Shown here: one piece after another, positions 1 through 8,059 of the stretch
How the letters are laid out: each line of letters starts with the position of its first letter
Numbering within the stretch: position 1 is the first letter of the stretch
UHGV virus genome: UHGV-1356687
DNA: 41,977 nucleotides
Direction: 5' to 3' (one strand)
Origin: a virus
Made by a program: the position numbers and the translations under genes
Notes under the pieces: generated by a model
Seen by the model: only the letters and a program-made list of their open reading frames with translations
Told to the model about the DNA's origin: nothing
The model's database searches: none

Positions 1-148
1 AAACAGCCTTTTTCCCTCGTAAAAAACGATTCAAAACTGGTTTCTTTTCAATAATATCAAACGTTTCACGCATTGTTTCATAATCTCACTAATACGAATT
101 TCTTCCCTCATAAACAGCACAAAACCTGGTTTCTCAAACAACAGATTT

Positions 149-159
149 TGTGCTATAAT
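149..159 (+). promoter_or_regulatory. extended -10 promoter (TGcTATAAT) upstream of small ORF/terS
   Basis: tgctataat at 151-159, with a weak -35-like ttctca 17 bp upstream. The same TGnTATAAT motif recurs before other late genes. Confidence 0.4.
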
Positions 160-212
160 ATTGTTAGGGACTTTTCTCTTAAACTAAAATGTAACGCAAA
201 GGAGGTTGACGA

Positions 213-386
213 ATGCCAGCGCCAAAACCTATCATGGTAAAAGATTTGCGAACACAGCAAACAAGAGCTTTCAAATCGCAAACAGAAGCAGACAAATTTT
301 ATGGTAAAAAATCAGGTTACTTCAAAGACATCAAAACTAAACTAGGTGGTAAGAATCGCCACTATGAAATTATTGAAGTTGTATAA
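213..386 (+). CDS. hypothetical small protein (57 aa), not in the ORF track (<60 aa)
   Basis: Strong RBS aaaggagg 7 nt upstream of ATG 213. The frame is open to TAA 384-386. It sits immediately upstream of terS. Confidence 0.35.
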   Translation: MPAPKPIMVKDLRTQQTRAFKSQTEADKFYGKKSGYFKDIKTKLGGKNRHYEIIEVV

Positions 387-400
387 GGAGGTGAAAAATA

Positions 401-874
401 ATGGGTAGACCAAGAAAGTTAATCAATGCCCAAGTTGGCAACCTTACACAAGAGCAACAACACCAACGCCAAAAGGAAGAAGAAAAGTTATATAATTACG
501 AACCTTTAGACTTTTCATATTATCCAGCTGGGTTGTTGCAACAAGCTTATCATGAGTGGGAACGTATCTCACACTTTATTGGTGACCTACCAATTTCAGA
601 ACTTGACCAACAAGCAATGGTTAGGTATTGTAATTATAGTTACCTATATTCAGAAATGGCTGAACAAGTTGCATATGAAGGACCTTTGACAGAAGACGGA
701 AAGCTAAACCCTAAAGTAACGGCTATGAACTCTTACTCAAAGGAACTAAAAAGCGCAACAAATGACTTAGGTTTAACTATCAATTCAAGATTAAAACTGG
801 TAGCACCAAAAGAAGTTGAAGATGAATCAAAAGACCCATTAGGTCAATTGCTTAAAATGCGCGCACAAGGTTAA
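401..874 (+). CDS. terS: terminase small subunit, P27 family (Terminase_4-like)
   Basis: 157 aa with strong RBS aaggagg. It sits directly upstream of the large terminase and downstream (circularly) of an HNH endonuclease, the usual cos/HNH/P27-TerS arrangement. Confidence 0.65.
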   Translation: MGRPRKLINAQVGNLTQEQQHQRQKEEEKLYNYEPLDFSYYPAGLLQQAYHEWERISHFIGDLPISELDQQAMVRYCNYSYLYSEMAEQVAYEGPLTEDGKLNPKVTAMNSYSKELKSATNDLGLTINSRLKLVAPKEVEDESKDPLGQLLKMRAQG

Positions 875-879
875 CATTT

Positions 880-890
880 TGTGTTATAAT
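880..890 (+). promoter_or_regulatory. extended -10 promoter (TGtTATAAT) just after terS stop
   Basis: tgttataat at 882-890. Confidence 0.4.
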
Positions 891-1205
891 GTATTTACGG
901 AAAACGCCTTCCAGATGATTTGTAGATTAGAATAATATTGGGTAGTATTATTCAGGCGCAACTACGGCAATAGTTGCGGACATGTTAGTAACATGTTAGT
1001 AAATAGATGTGAGGGTCTATTTACAAGGAAACGCTCTTAACTCCTTAACCAAGCGAGCAAAACTCTATTAAGTGTTGTGAGGTAGTCCGTATGTGGAAGG
1101 TCCGCCAACCACATAGCAACACTTAATCATTTAAGAAGGGTTGCAGTGCGACCAATTGACTTAGACTAGTTATCGCCTTATGGGAATAACTACCTAAGTC
1201 TTTTT
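891..1205 (+). ncRNA. candidate structured non-coding RNA between terS and terL
   Basis: A ~480-bp gap with no ORF over 20 codons carrying an RBS. It has a promoter at 880-890 and two intrinsic terminators at 1158-1209 and 1271-1328. Internal hairpins are cgcaacta/tagttgcg (959-981), a direct repeat acatgttagta x2 (984-1005) and a long imperfect hairpin ttaagtgttg...caacacttaa (1069-1128). Confidence 0.3.
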
Positions 1206-1209
1206 ATTT
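1158..1209 (+). terminator. intrinsic terminator 1 in terS-terL gap
   Basis: Stem GACTTAG...CTAAGTC with inner stem AGTTAT/ATAACT, followed by TTTTTATTT. Confidence 0.5.
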
Positions 1210-1230
1210 ACACACAGAAACTATTTTTTA

Positions 1231-1239
1231 TGTTATAAT
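1231..1239 (+). promoter_or_regulatory. extended -10 promoter (TGtTATAAT)
   Basis: tgttataat 1231-1239, directly after terminator 1. Confidence 0.4.
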
Positions 1240-1270
1240 GTATATAACGAGATTAAGTTTCAATCATGTT

Positions 1271-1328
1271 GACTTAGGTAAGTTTGTTATCCCCTTTGGA
1301 TAAACTCATGACCTAAGTCTTTTTATTT
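1271..1328 (+). terminator. intrinsic terminator 2 in terS-terL gap
   Basis: Stem GACTTAGG...CCTAAGTC with inner stem GTTTATCC/GGATAAAC, then TTTTTATTT. It is a paralogous copy of terminator 1 (shared acctaagtctttttattt). Confidence 0.5.
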
Positions 1329-1329
1329 G

Positions 1330-1338
1330 TGCTATAAT
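1330..1338 (+). promoter_or_regulatory. extended -10 promoter (TGcTATAAT) for terL
   Basis: tgctataat 1330-1338, 20 nt upstream of the terL RBS. Confidence 0.45.
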
Positions 1339-1358
1339 AGAAATAAGGAGGTATACAT

Positions 1359-3086
1359 ATGACTAATATAGATTATGTTCAAGAATATATTGACTATATA
1401 CGAATTAACAATATACCAATAGGTAATAAAATCAAGCAAGCAATTAGACGACATGAAAAGGACTTAGAAAAATCAAAAGACCCAGAGTATCCATATTATT
1501 ACGACCCAAGCGAAACATATGAACCAGTCGCATTTATTGAAATGTTACCAGACCCAAAAAGTAAAAAGACAAATAAACTAGCTAAGTTCCAGAAGTTTAT
1601 TGTAGCATTAATCTATGGTTGGCGCAAAAAGAGTAATAAAATGCGCAGATTCAGAAAAGTATATATCAGTTTAGCACGTAAAAACGGTAAATCAATTCTG
1701 GTTGCTGGTATCTCATTGTATGAGTTCATCTTAGGACAATATCCAAAAGCTTCAAGACAGATTGTAGCTGGGGCAAATACTAAAGAACAAGCTGGTATTG
1801 TATTCCGTATGTTAAAATCACAGCTGAAAGCATTGAGAAATTCAAGTGATAGTGTGCGTAAAATTACTAAGGTAAATAAATATGACATTGAACATTTAGA
1901 AGATGAATCAACTGTTAAACCTTTAGCAAGTGACGCAGATAGTTTAGACGGACTAGACGTACTTTGCGGTGTATTAGATGAATACGGAGAAGCAAAAAGC
2001 ACAGCATTAATTGAGGTATTAGAAAGTTCACAGTCACAACAACCACAAGGTTTAATTTTGATTATCAGCACAACAACTAAAAATCTTAATGGACCAATGC
2101 ACAGCATAGAATATCCATTTATAACTAAGCTATTAAACGAAGAAGTTGAAGCAGACGCATACCTTGCTTTATGTTGGGAAATGGATAGTATCAGCGAAGT
2201 TGACGACCAAGCCAATTGGATAAAATCAAACCCACTGTTTGAGAATACTCAATTGTATGAAACCATGTATGAACATAAGGTTAATTCATTGGCAGAGTAT
2301 AAAGCAAAAGGTGACATGAGTGGTTGGCTAACTAAAGAAATGAACTTCTGGGTACAAGCTTCACAAGATAGTTTCATGGATAAAGAAAGCTGGGACGCAA
2401 TCAAAGCAACAAAAGAATATGATATTAGAAAACGTCCTGTATTTATTGGAATGGACTTATCACGAACAAAAGATATAACGGCGGTTAGCTGGATTATACC
2501 AATTGCAGAAGAAGAGAAGTTACTCGTAAATACACATGGGTTCATTTCATCAATTGGAGGTATTGAAAAGAAAATTCAAGAGGACAAAATACCATATCGC
2601 CAATATGAAAATGAAGGTATCGTTTCAATTAGTAAGTTAGAATCAGGATTGATTGACCATGCGGACATGTGCGACTGGATAGTTGATTTTGTTGAAACAT
2701 ATGATTTGGACCTACAAGGCATTTTCTATGATGGTCACCAAGCGTCACAATCAGTCTTGAGATTAGCGGAAGTTTTCGGCGAACGGTATCTAATTGAAGT
2801 ACCGCAACGTATACAGTATTTAAACGCTCCTACTAAGTATCTAAGGGACGCAATATACAAAGGTGATATAATACATCAAAACAACCCACTACTCAATACA
2901 GCGATATATAATGCGTATATGAAAGAGTTTGCTGACAACATAGCAATTGAAAAGAAAATGAATCGTAACAAGATTGATTCATTGGATGCTTTAATAAATG
3001 CAATGAGTGAAGCAATGTATTATGACTTTGGATATTCAAGTTTTGAAAACATGTTAGAACAAGGTACATTTGGCTTTGGTGTTTAA
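1359..3086 (+). CDS. terL: terminase large subunit
   Basis: 575 aa with RBS aaggagg. Walker A-like LARKNGKS and Walker B-like VLDEYGE lie in the N-terminal ATPase half. The C-terminal half is acidic-rich and nuclease-like (IGMDLS...D). The gene follows terS. Confidence 0.85.
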   Translation: MTNIDYVQEYIDYIRINNIPIGNKIKQAIRRHEKDLEKSKDPEYPYYYDPSETYEPVAFIEMLPDPKSKKTNKLAKFQKFIVALIYGWRKKSNKMRRFRKVYISLARKNGKSILVAGISLYEFILGQYPKASRQIVAGANTKEQAGIVFRMLKSQLKALRNSSDSVRKITKVNKYDIEHLEDESTVKPLASDADSLDGLDVLCGVLDEYGEAKSTALIEVLESSQSQQPQGLILIISTTTKNLNGPMHSIEYPFITKLLNEEVEADAYLALCWEMDSISEVDDQANWIKSNPLFENTQLYETMYEHKVNSLAEYKAKGDMSGWLTKEMNFWVQASQDSFMDKESWDAIKATKEYDIRKRPVFIGMDLSRTKDITAVSWIIPIAEEEKLLVNTHGFISSIGGIEKKIQEDKIPYRQYENEGIVSISKLESGLIDHADMCDWIVDFVETYDLDLQGIFYDGHQASQSVLRLAEVFGERYLIEVPQRIQYLNAPTKYLRDAIYKGDIIHQNNPLLNTAIYNAYMKEFADNIAIEKKMNRNKIDSLDALINAMSEAMYYDFGYSSFENMLEQGTFGFGV

Positions 3087-3111
3087 GTAACACCCACAAG
3101 GTAAGGGATAT

Positions 3112-3441
3112 ATGATATATTATAGAAGTAGTAGAGATAGTAACAAAAACAGACAGATAGAAAGGAAGATTCAAATGTTATTACAAATTAACAAGGTAGT
3201 AAAGGAATTACCAGAAGGAGAACCGTGTCCCGCGTTGGTAGATTATGTAGATGGGATTACACATAGTCAACAATTTACAGACGGTATCAAATGTTTCAAG
3301 AAAGATGGTACTCAAATTTTAGTGGTACGAAAAAATCCGTTTGAAATTGAGATTGAAAACCTTGATAATTATGAAGGTTTTAAAGTTTATGCTGTATATC
3401 TATTAAATGATGAAGGTAAAACATTACGTAAATTAGCATAA
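3112..3441 (+). CDS. hypothetical protein (alternative start 3176 has the better RBS)
   Basis: 109-aa ORF between terL and portal. ATG 3176 is preceded by aaaggaag. A terminator follows. Confidence 0.45.
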   Translation: MIYYRSSRDSNKNRQIERKIQMLLQINKVVKELPEGEPCPALVDYVDGITHSQQFTDGIKCFKKDGTQILVVRKNPFEIEIENLDNYEGFKVYAVYLLNDEGKTLRKLA

Positions 3442-3445
3442 AAAA

Positions 3446-3474
3446 AAGAGTGGCTAAACACCACTCTTTTTTTA
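3446..3474 (+). terminator. intrinsic terminator
   Basis: aaaaaaaGAGTGGctaaacaCCACTCttttttt. Confidence 0.6.
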
Positions 3475-3514
3475 TATGTTTTGTGTTAAAATAAGGTGTA
3501 TAGGAGGGTTTAAT

Positions 3515-3679
3515 ATGAAAAATCCAGTAATTTATGTAGTGCTATTTTACGTTTTAGGAGTATTAGCACTTGTAACAAGCATGTTTTTTGTTAGTATCGT
3601 AGCTGGTTTAGTAGCATTAGGAGTATCATTATTAGTACCAGCAGTAGTATTATACCTAGAATTGAAAGAAGGTGAATAG
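3515..3679 (+). CDS. small membrane protein (2 TM), about 54 aa
   Basis: RBS taggaggg before ATG 3515 (MKNPVIYVVLFYVLGVLALV...). There are two hydrophobic helices. The track ORF start at 3476 lacks an RBS. Confidence 0.45.
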   Translation: MKNPVIYVVLFYVLGVLALVTSMFFVSIVAGLVALGVSLLVPAVVLYLELKEGE

Positions 3680-3683
3680 TTAA

Positions 3684-4874
3684 ATGGGCGTATTTATTGC
3701 ACCACAGACTAGCGCAGAGAAGAATTTTATTGATTATATTGAAAGTGGAATGGATAACGTAGGATATTTGACAGGTGAACGAGCATTACAAAATTCAGAC
3801 GTGTTCACAGGTGTTAATATCATTGGTGGTGATATTGGTAAATCACTATTTAGAAAAGTTCCAGATGAACACGCAGACCAAAGTTTTTTACAACTAATCA
3901 ACAAGCGACCACATGAAAAACAAAGTCATTATACATTCATGTATGCAACAGTTGCACAGCTAATTCTTTATGGTAACTCATACGCAATCATTCACAGAGA
4001 AAAAGAGAATGATTATAACTCACCAATTAAGTCATTAGAGTTTGTAACAGCAGACCAAGTGAACCTAATTCAAGATATGACAACAGGTGAATGGCGCTAT
4101 GATGTAACGTTAGATTATGGCAACCACATGTTACGGTGTGAACCACGTGACATCTTACACTTTAGAATTTCAGTTGTAGATGGTTTCATTGGTCGCAGTC
4201 CTTTATTGTCTTTACGTGATGAAATCGGAATGCAAACAAATGGTAATAAGATTTTATCCAAGTTCTTTGCTAACGGTGTTTTCGGTGGTGGAATCTTAAA
4301 ACTTAACAAAGGTTATGTAGACAACGCAACCAAAAAGAAAATTCGTGAAGATTTCGAAAGAGCTAACGGAGGAAGCACAAACAGTAATGGCGTTATCGTT
4401 TTAGATGAAGCAACAGACTTCACAGAGTACAAAATGAATACTGATATTTTGAAATTGATTCAATCAAATAAATTCAGTACGCAACAAATTGCAAAAGTTT
4501 TAGGTATTCCATTAAACCGCTTTGGTATGGAATTAGTAAACTCAACTGATAGCGGACAAAATGACATCTATATTGCTTCAACAATTAGTCAATATGAATC
4601 TGCAATCTGTGACGAAATCGCAATTAAAACAGGTAATGTCTTAGAAATGGACTTTTCAAGTCTAATGAACGATACATTAGATGACAGACGCAAACAATTG
4701 TTTAGTGGAAAAGCAAGTAAAGAGTTACTATCAACTATCAAAGAAAACGAAGTTCGTGCATATTATGGGTATGAACCGTTAGAAGATGGAGAAACAACAG
4801 TTAAAACAGATAATACGGAAGAGGAAGTGTACAAGAATGAAACAGACACAACTGGAAATCAGACAACTACATGA
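3684..4874 (+). CDS. portal protein (HK97-family-like)
   Basis: 396 aa. It is placed between terL and the prohead protease. The acidic C-terminal region overlaps the protease start. Confidence 0.8.
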   Translation: MGVFIAPQTSAEKNFIDYIESGMDNVGYLTGERALQNSDVFTGVNIIGGDIGKSLFRKVPDEHADQSFLQLINKRPHEKQSHYTFMYATVAQLILYGNSYAIIHREKENDYNSPIKSLEFVTADQVNLIQDMTTGEWRYDVTLDYGNHMLRCEPRDILHFRISVVDGFIGRSPLLSLRDEIGMQTNGNKILSKFFANGVFGGGILKLNKGYVDNATKKKIREDFERANGGSTNSNGVIVLDEATDFTEYKMNTDILKLIQSNKFSTQQIAKVLGIPLNRFGMELVNSTDSGQNDIYIASTISQYESAICDEIAIKTGNVLEMDFSSLMNDTLDDRRKQLFSGKASKELLSTIKENEVRAYYGYEPLEDGETTVKTDNTEEEVYKNETDTTGNQTTT

Positions 4875-5391
4875 GTTCGTAAATGACAATAATATTGTTG
4901 AAGGTTACGCATTGAAATTCAACAAACCATCAAAAGACCTAGGTGGTTTTGTTGAAACTATTGACGCGCGAGCATTAGACGGTGTTAATATGGAAGATGT
5001 AAAATTATTTTTAAACCATGATTCAGGCAACTTACTTGGAAGAACAAAGAGCGGTACACTTCAATTATCAGTTGATGAAGTGGGTTTGAAATTCCGTTGT
5101 GAGTTACCAAATACAACACTTGGAAATGATGTTATGGAACTTGTAAAACGTGGTGACCTTAGTCAGTGTTCATTTGGCTTTACGGTTGCGGAAGATGAAT
5201 GGGAACGGAGAGACGGAAAACCTGTTAGAACTATCAAAAAAATCAATACACTGGCTGAAATCTCACTGGTTTCAATTCCAGCATACGACGACACAGATGT
5301 TGCAGTGGCTAAACGCTCACTTGAAAACATGGAAGTAAACGAAATGGAAAAACGCAAACTAGAATTACAGTTACGACTAGCAACCTTGTAA
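4837..5391 (+). CDS. prohead maturation protease (HK97 S78/U35 family)
   Basis: RBS gaggaag before ATG 4837 (MKQTQLEIRQL...). Motifs VEGYALKFNKPS, LFLNHDS and LGRT are typical of HK97 prohead protease. The track start at 4786 lies inside the portal gene. Confidence 0.75.
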   Translation: MKQTQLEIRQLHEFVNDNNIVEGYALKFNKPSKDLGGFVETIDARALDGVNMEDVKLFLNHDSGNLLGRTKSGTLQLSVDEVGLKFRCELPNTTLGNDVMELVKRGDLSQCSFGFTVAEDEWERRDGKPVRTIKKINTLAEISLVSIPAYDDTDVAVAKRSLENMEVNEMEKRKLELQLRLATL

Positions 5392-5467
5392 GAGTGACGC
5401 CCACAACTCACCTTGTTCATGATATACTATCTTTAGTAAGAAAATAATATGTAAAGGAGTTTACAGC

Positions 5468-6685
5468 ATGAACAAGGCAGAGTTAGAAGCGCAAGCAAAA
5501 TCTTTGTTAGCAGAAGGTAAACTTGACGAAGCTAAAAAAGTTATCGAACAGTTAGAAGCTTTGAAAGATGAAACACCAGCTGAAAACGAAGAACGTGCAG
5601 AAGATAAAGCAGAAGCACCTAAAGACGAAGTCAAAAAGGAAGAGCCTAAAGAAGAACCAAAGGATGAACCTAAAGACGAAGTCAAAGACGAACCAAAGGA
5701 AGAACCAAAAAAAGAAGAACGTTCAATTGAGAACGCAAAAGGAGAAGATATTGACATGGAGAAAGTAAAAATCAATGGTAAAGACTTAGCACAGCCAGTA
5801 ACAGAACAACGTGCCTTTTTAGACTACGTAACTTCAAAATCAACTAGCGTAAAATCATTTAACGAAACACGTGCAGTTGATGATGGACAAGTTAAATCAA
5901 CAGACGCAGAAGCAATTATCCCAGAAGATATTATCACAAAAGCACGTAAATTACCAGACACAGTTGTTGACTTACGTAATAAAGTGAATAGTATCAAAGT
6001 TAAAACATCTGGTGGTAAATACCCAATCTTGAAATCAACTAGTGCAAAAATGGTGACAGTTGAAGAGTTGGCAAAAAACCCAGCATTGGCAAAACCTGAA
6101 TTTGAAGAAGTCCCTTACAACGTATCAACATACCGTGGTCAAATTGTTGTATCACAAGAATCATTAGACGATTCAGCGGACGACTTAGCTGGAATTATCG
6201 CTGATTCAGTACAACGCCAAGGTTTAAATACAACTAATGATGTATTAGCTGGATTATTAAAAACAGCTACAGCAGTACCAGCAACTTCATTAGATGACAT
6301 CAAGACACAGATTAACACTGGTTTCGACCCAGCTTATGGATTGGAATTAATTGTTACTCAATCATTCTACAACGCAGTTGACATCATGAAAGACGGTGAC
6401 GGACGTTACTTATTACAAACAGATATTACAGCACAGTCTGGTAAATCATTGTTTGGTGTTCCAGTAACAGTGTTGAAAGATGAAATGTTAGGTAACAAAG
6501 GTGATAAAGTAGCATTCTTAGGCGACCCAGTAGCCTTTGCAACTTTCTTCAATCGTGCTGAAACAACAGCTCGTTGGATTGACCATGAAATTTACGGTCA
6601 ATACTTAGCAATCTTCATGCGTTTTGACGCTAAAGTAGTAGACCCAGCGGCTGGAAAATTCATTACACTAACACCAGCACCCTAG
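5468..6685 (+). CDS. major capsid protein (HK97 fold) with N-terminal scaffold-like delta region
   Basis: 405 aa, directly after the protease. The N-terminal ~100 aa are coiled-coil and acidic with an EPK/DEPK repeat (5590-5720). It ends ...TPAP* with CCC-TAG. Confidence 0.8.
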   Translation: MNKAELEAQAKSLLAEGKLDEAKKVIEQLEALKDETPAENEERAEDKAEAPKDEVKKEEPKEEPKDEPKDEVKDEPKEEPKKEERSIENAKGEDIDMEKVKINGKDLAQPVTEQRAFLDYVTSKSTSVKSFNETRAVDDGQVKSTDAEAIIPEDIITKARKLPDTVVDLRNKVNSIKVKTSGGKYPILKSTSAKMVTVEELAKNPALAKPEFEEVPYNVSTYRGQIVVSQESLDDSADDLAGIIADSVQRQGLNTTNDVLAGLLKTATAVPATSLDDIKTQINTGFDPAYGLELIVTQSFYNAVDIMKDGDGRYLLQTDITAQSGKSLFGVPVTVLKDEMLGNKGDKVAFLGDPVAFATFFNRAETTARWIDHEIYGQYLAIFMRFDAKVVDPAAGKFITLTPAP

Positions 6686-6749
6686 TACGCCACCTGTGGT
6701 AGGACAGGTGACACCAGCTGATACAAGTGTAACAATTGAATTATCGTAA
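6680..6749 (+). other. putative programmed +1 frameshift cassette at the major capsid gene 3' end
   Basis: CCC-TAG at 6680-6685, then a 5-nt spacer and the hairpin CACCTGT(ggtagg)ACAGGTG at 6691-6710. The +1 frame is open for 21 codons (STPPVVGQVTPADTSVTIELS) to TAA 6747-6749. The same 70-nt cassette is at 9061-9130. Confidence 0.5.
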
Positions 6750-6810
6750 ACACTAAGAGGTGGGGCATTCGCCTTACCTCTTTTTAAAATATAAAAGGAG
6801 AGTGTAAATA

Positions 6811-7011
6811 ATGGCTAAAGTATTTAATGTATACAAGAAAACAGGTGAAAAGGTTGTGAGTGAAAAACCGTCACCAGTAACAATCACTGGTTTAACAGCA
6901 GAAACACCATATAGTAAAGGTGATTTTCAAGTAACAGCTATTGAAGATGGTAAGCCAGAATCTAGCAAAGTAGATGTACCAGCATTCACTACAACCGCAA
7001 CAGCTGGATAA
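6811..7011 (+). CDS. small Ig-like (BIG2-like) domain protein, possible head decoration/accessory protein
   Basis: 66 aa with RBS aaaaggagag. The beta-rich sequence VTITGLTAETPY...FQVTAIEDGKPESSKVDV resembles bacterial Ig-like domains. Confidence 0.45.
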   Translation: MAKVFNVYKKTGEKVVSEKPSPVTITGLTAETPYSKGDFQVTAIEDGKPESSKVDVPAFTTTATAG

Positions 7012-7021
7012 TAAAAGAGGG

Positions 7022-7046
7022 CTTAGCCCTCTTTTTAAATAAGGAG
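7022..7046 (+). terminator. intrinsic terminator
   Basis: aaAGAGGGCttaGCCCTCTtttt. Confidence 0.6.
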
Positions 7047-7048
7047 GT

Positions 7049-7348
7049 ATGATAATGTTAACATTAGAAGAGGTAAAAAACAATCTACGTTTAGACTATG
7101 ATTCAGACGACGTTTATATTCAGACGTTAATTGACACAAGTTCAATGTTTATCTTAGGAGCTATTGAGGTTAAAACAGTTCCAGAAGATGTGCGCTTTAA
7201 AACTTGCCAGTTCATGCTGGTTTCTCTTTGGTATGAAAATCGTGTTCCAGCAACAAGCGCACTACAACAAGATGTACCGTTCACTATTCAGGCATTTATT
7301 TGGCAACTAAGGGGGTTATCTGATGGCGATACCAACACAACATCTTAA
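7049..7348 (+). CDS. head-tail connector protein (gp6-like DNA-packaging/adaptor)
   Basis: 99 aa. The N-terminus MLTLEEVKNNLRLDYDSDD... is typical of the phage gp6-like family. It is the first neck gene after the capsid gene. Confidence 0.65.
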   Translation: MIMLTLEEVKNNLRLDYDSDDVYIQTLIDTSSMFILGAIEVKTVPEDVRFKTCQFMLVSLWYENRVPATSALQQDVPFTIQAFIWQLRGLSDGDTNTTS

Positions 7349-7655
7349 TCAAAAAATCACTATTCAAGAGAAAACCACAGCTAAAAACGATAAATTTGAA
7401 TGGGTAACAACGTGGGTTGACAAGGCAACTATATGGTGCAGTGTAAAACAACAGTATTTCAGAGATTTTAAAGAAACATATGGTACTGCATTAGAGGATA
7501 CAACTAACTTTGTTGTGCGTTATGAACAGCGTTTCCAATTACAAAATGATATGCGTGTTGTATATAAAGGTATTAACTATGAAATAGTATCCATTTTAGA
7601 AGGTAGCTACGACCGTGACTTTACAACATTAGTATGTAAGAGGGTTAAGAAATGA
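7323..7655 (+). CDS. head closure / head-tail joining protein
   Basis: 110 aa, by position and size. It overlaps the neighbouring genes. Confidence 0.55.
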   Translation: MAIPTQHLNQKITIQEKTTAKNDKFEWVTTWVDKATIWCSVKQQYFRDFKETYGTALEDTTNFVVRYEQRFQLQNDMRVVYKGINYEIVSILEGSYDRDFTTLVCKRVKK

Positions 7656-8059
7656 GTAAGCAGAATTATGCTGACTTTTCAGACGCATACAACGCACTTA
7701 TAAAGATTGGTAAAAATGCAGATAGTATCACAGCAAAAGCACTGAACAAAGCTGGTGAAATAGGAGAGCAAGAGCTTGCTAAACGCACACCATATTGGAA
7801 CGGTAAAAAGTATAGTAGAAAAGACCAGATGTACAAGCGTGAACATATGCAGAAAAATACAGCAATGACAAAAGCAAGTAAAGGTAAACATGAAGTGTTG
7901 ATTGGGTATAATGACCAAGTTTCGTGGCGTGTTCACTTCACAGAATTAGGAACAATGACACAAAGACCACAACATTTCATTGAAAAGACCATTAAAGAGG
8001 TTCAAGACGAAATAGAAAAGATAATTATTAAAGCAATGGAGGAGGCGTTTCTAAAATGA
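7652..8059 (+). CDS. tail completion protein, HK97 gp10-like
   Basis: 135 aa. The N-terminal ...ALNKAGEIGEQELAKRTPY... pattern resembles the HK97-gp10 family. Confidence 0.5.
   Translation: MSKQNYADFSDAYNALIKIGKNADSITAKALNKAGEIGEQELAKRTPYWNGKKYSRKDQMYKREHMQKNTAMTKASKGKHEVLIGYNDQVSWRVHFTELGTMTQRPQHFIEKTIKEVQDEIEKIIIKAMEEAFLK

Noticed and set aside
875-1358. Group I intron or split terminase gene in the terS-terL gap
   Set aside because: terS has a complete-length P27-type product with its own stop. terL starts with a strong RBS and a full-length N-terminus, so no exon is interrupted. I could not recognise conserved group-I P/Q/R/S core elements. The region is better described as promoter-terminator units plus a possible sRNA.
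1613-2545. Antisense ORFs (200 aa and 98 aa) inside terL
   Set aside because: They are entirely embedded antisense to a well-supported gene. They have no RBS and a low-complexity Ser/Leu-rich composition typical of shadow ORFs. The same reasoning applies to the many - strand ORFs inside TMP, Dit and Tal (for example 10354-10680, 11200-11676, 11737-12294, 12700-13074) and to the + strand ORFs inside - strand genes (for example 22093-22554, 29914-30387, 33913-34278).
3476-3514. Track start (3476) for the small membrane protein and track starts for the protease (4786), helicase (31673), Prim-Pol (29005) and ORF 36892
   Set aside because: These upstream starts lack Shine-Dalgarno sequences and/or lie inside the preceding gene. 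Internal ATGs with good RBS spacing were preferred.
5568-5768. Lys-rich 66-aa ORF in an alternative frame of the capsid gene, and - strand ORF 5461-5775
   Set aside because: They are artefacts of the GA-rich EPK-repeat region of the capsid delta domain. They have no RBS.
6680-6749. Interpreting the shared 70-nt gene-end sequence as a mere duplicated terminator or recombination scar
   Set aside because: It has no T-run after the hairpin. Real terminators follow separately at 7022 and 9130. The pattern of inter-copy substitutions is biased to +1-frame synonymous sites, which argues for coding constraint.
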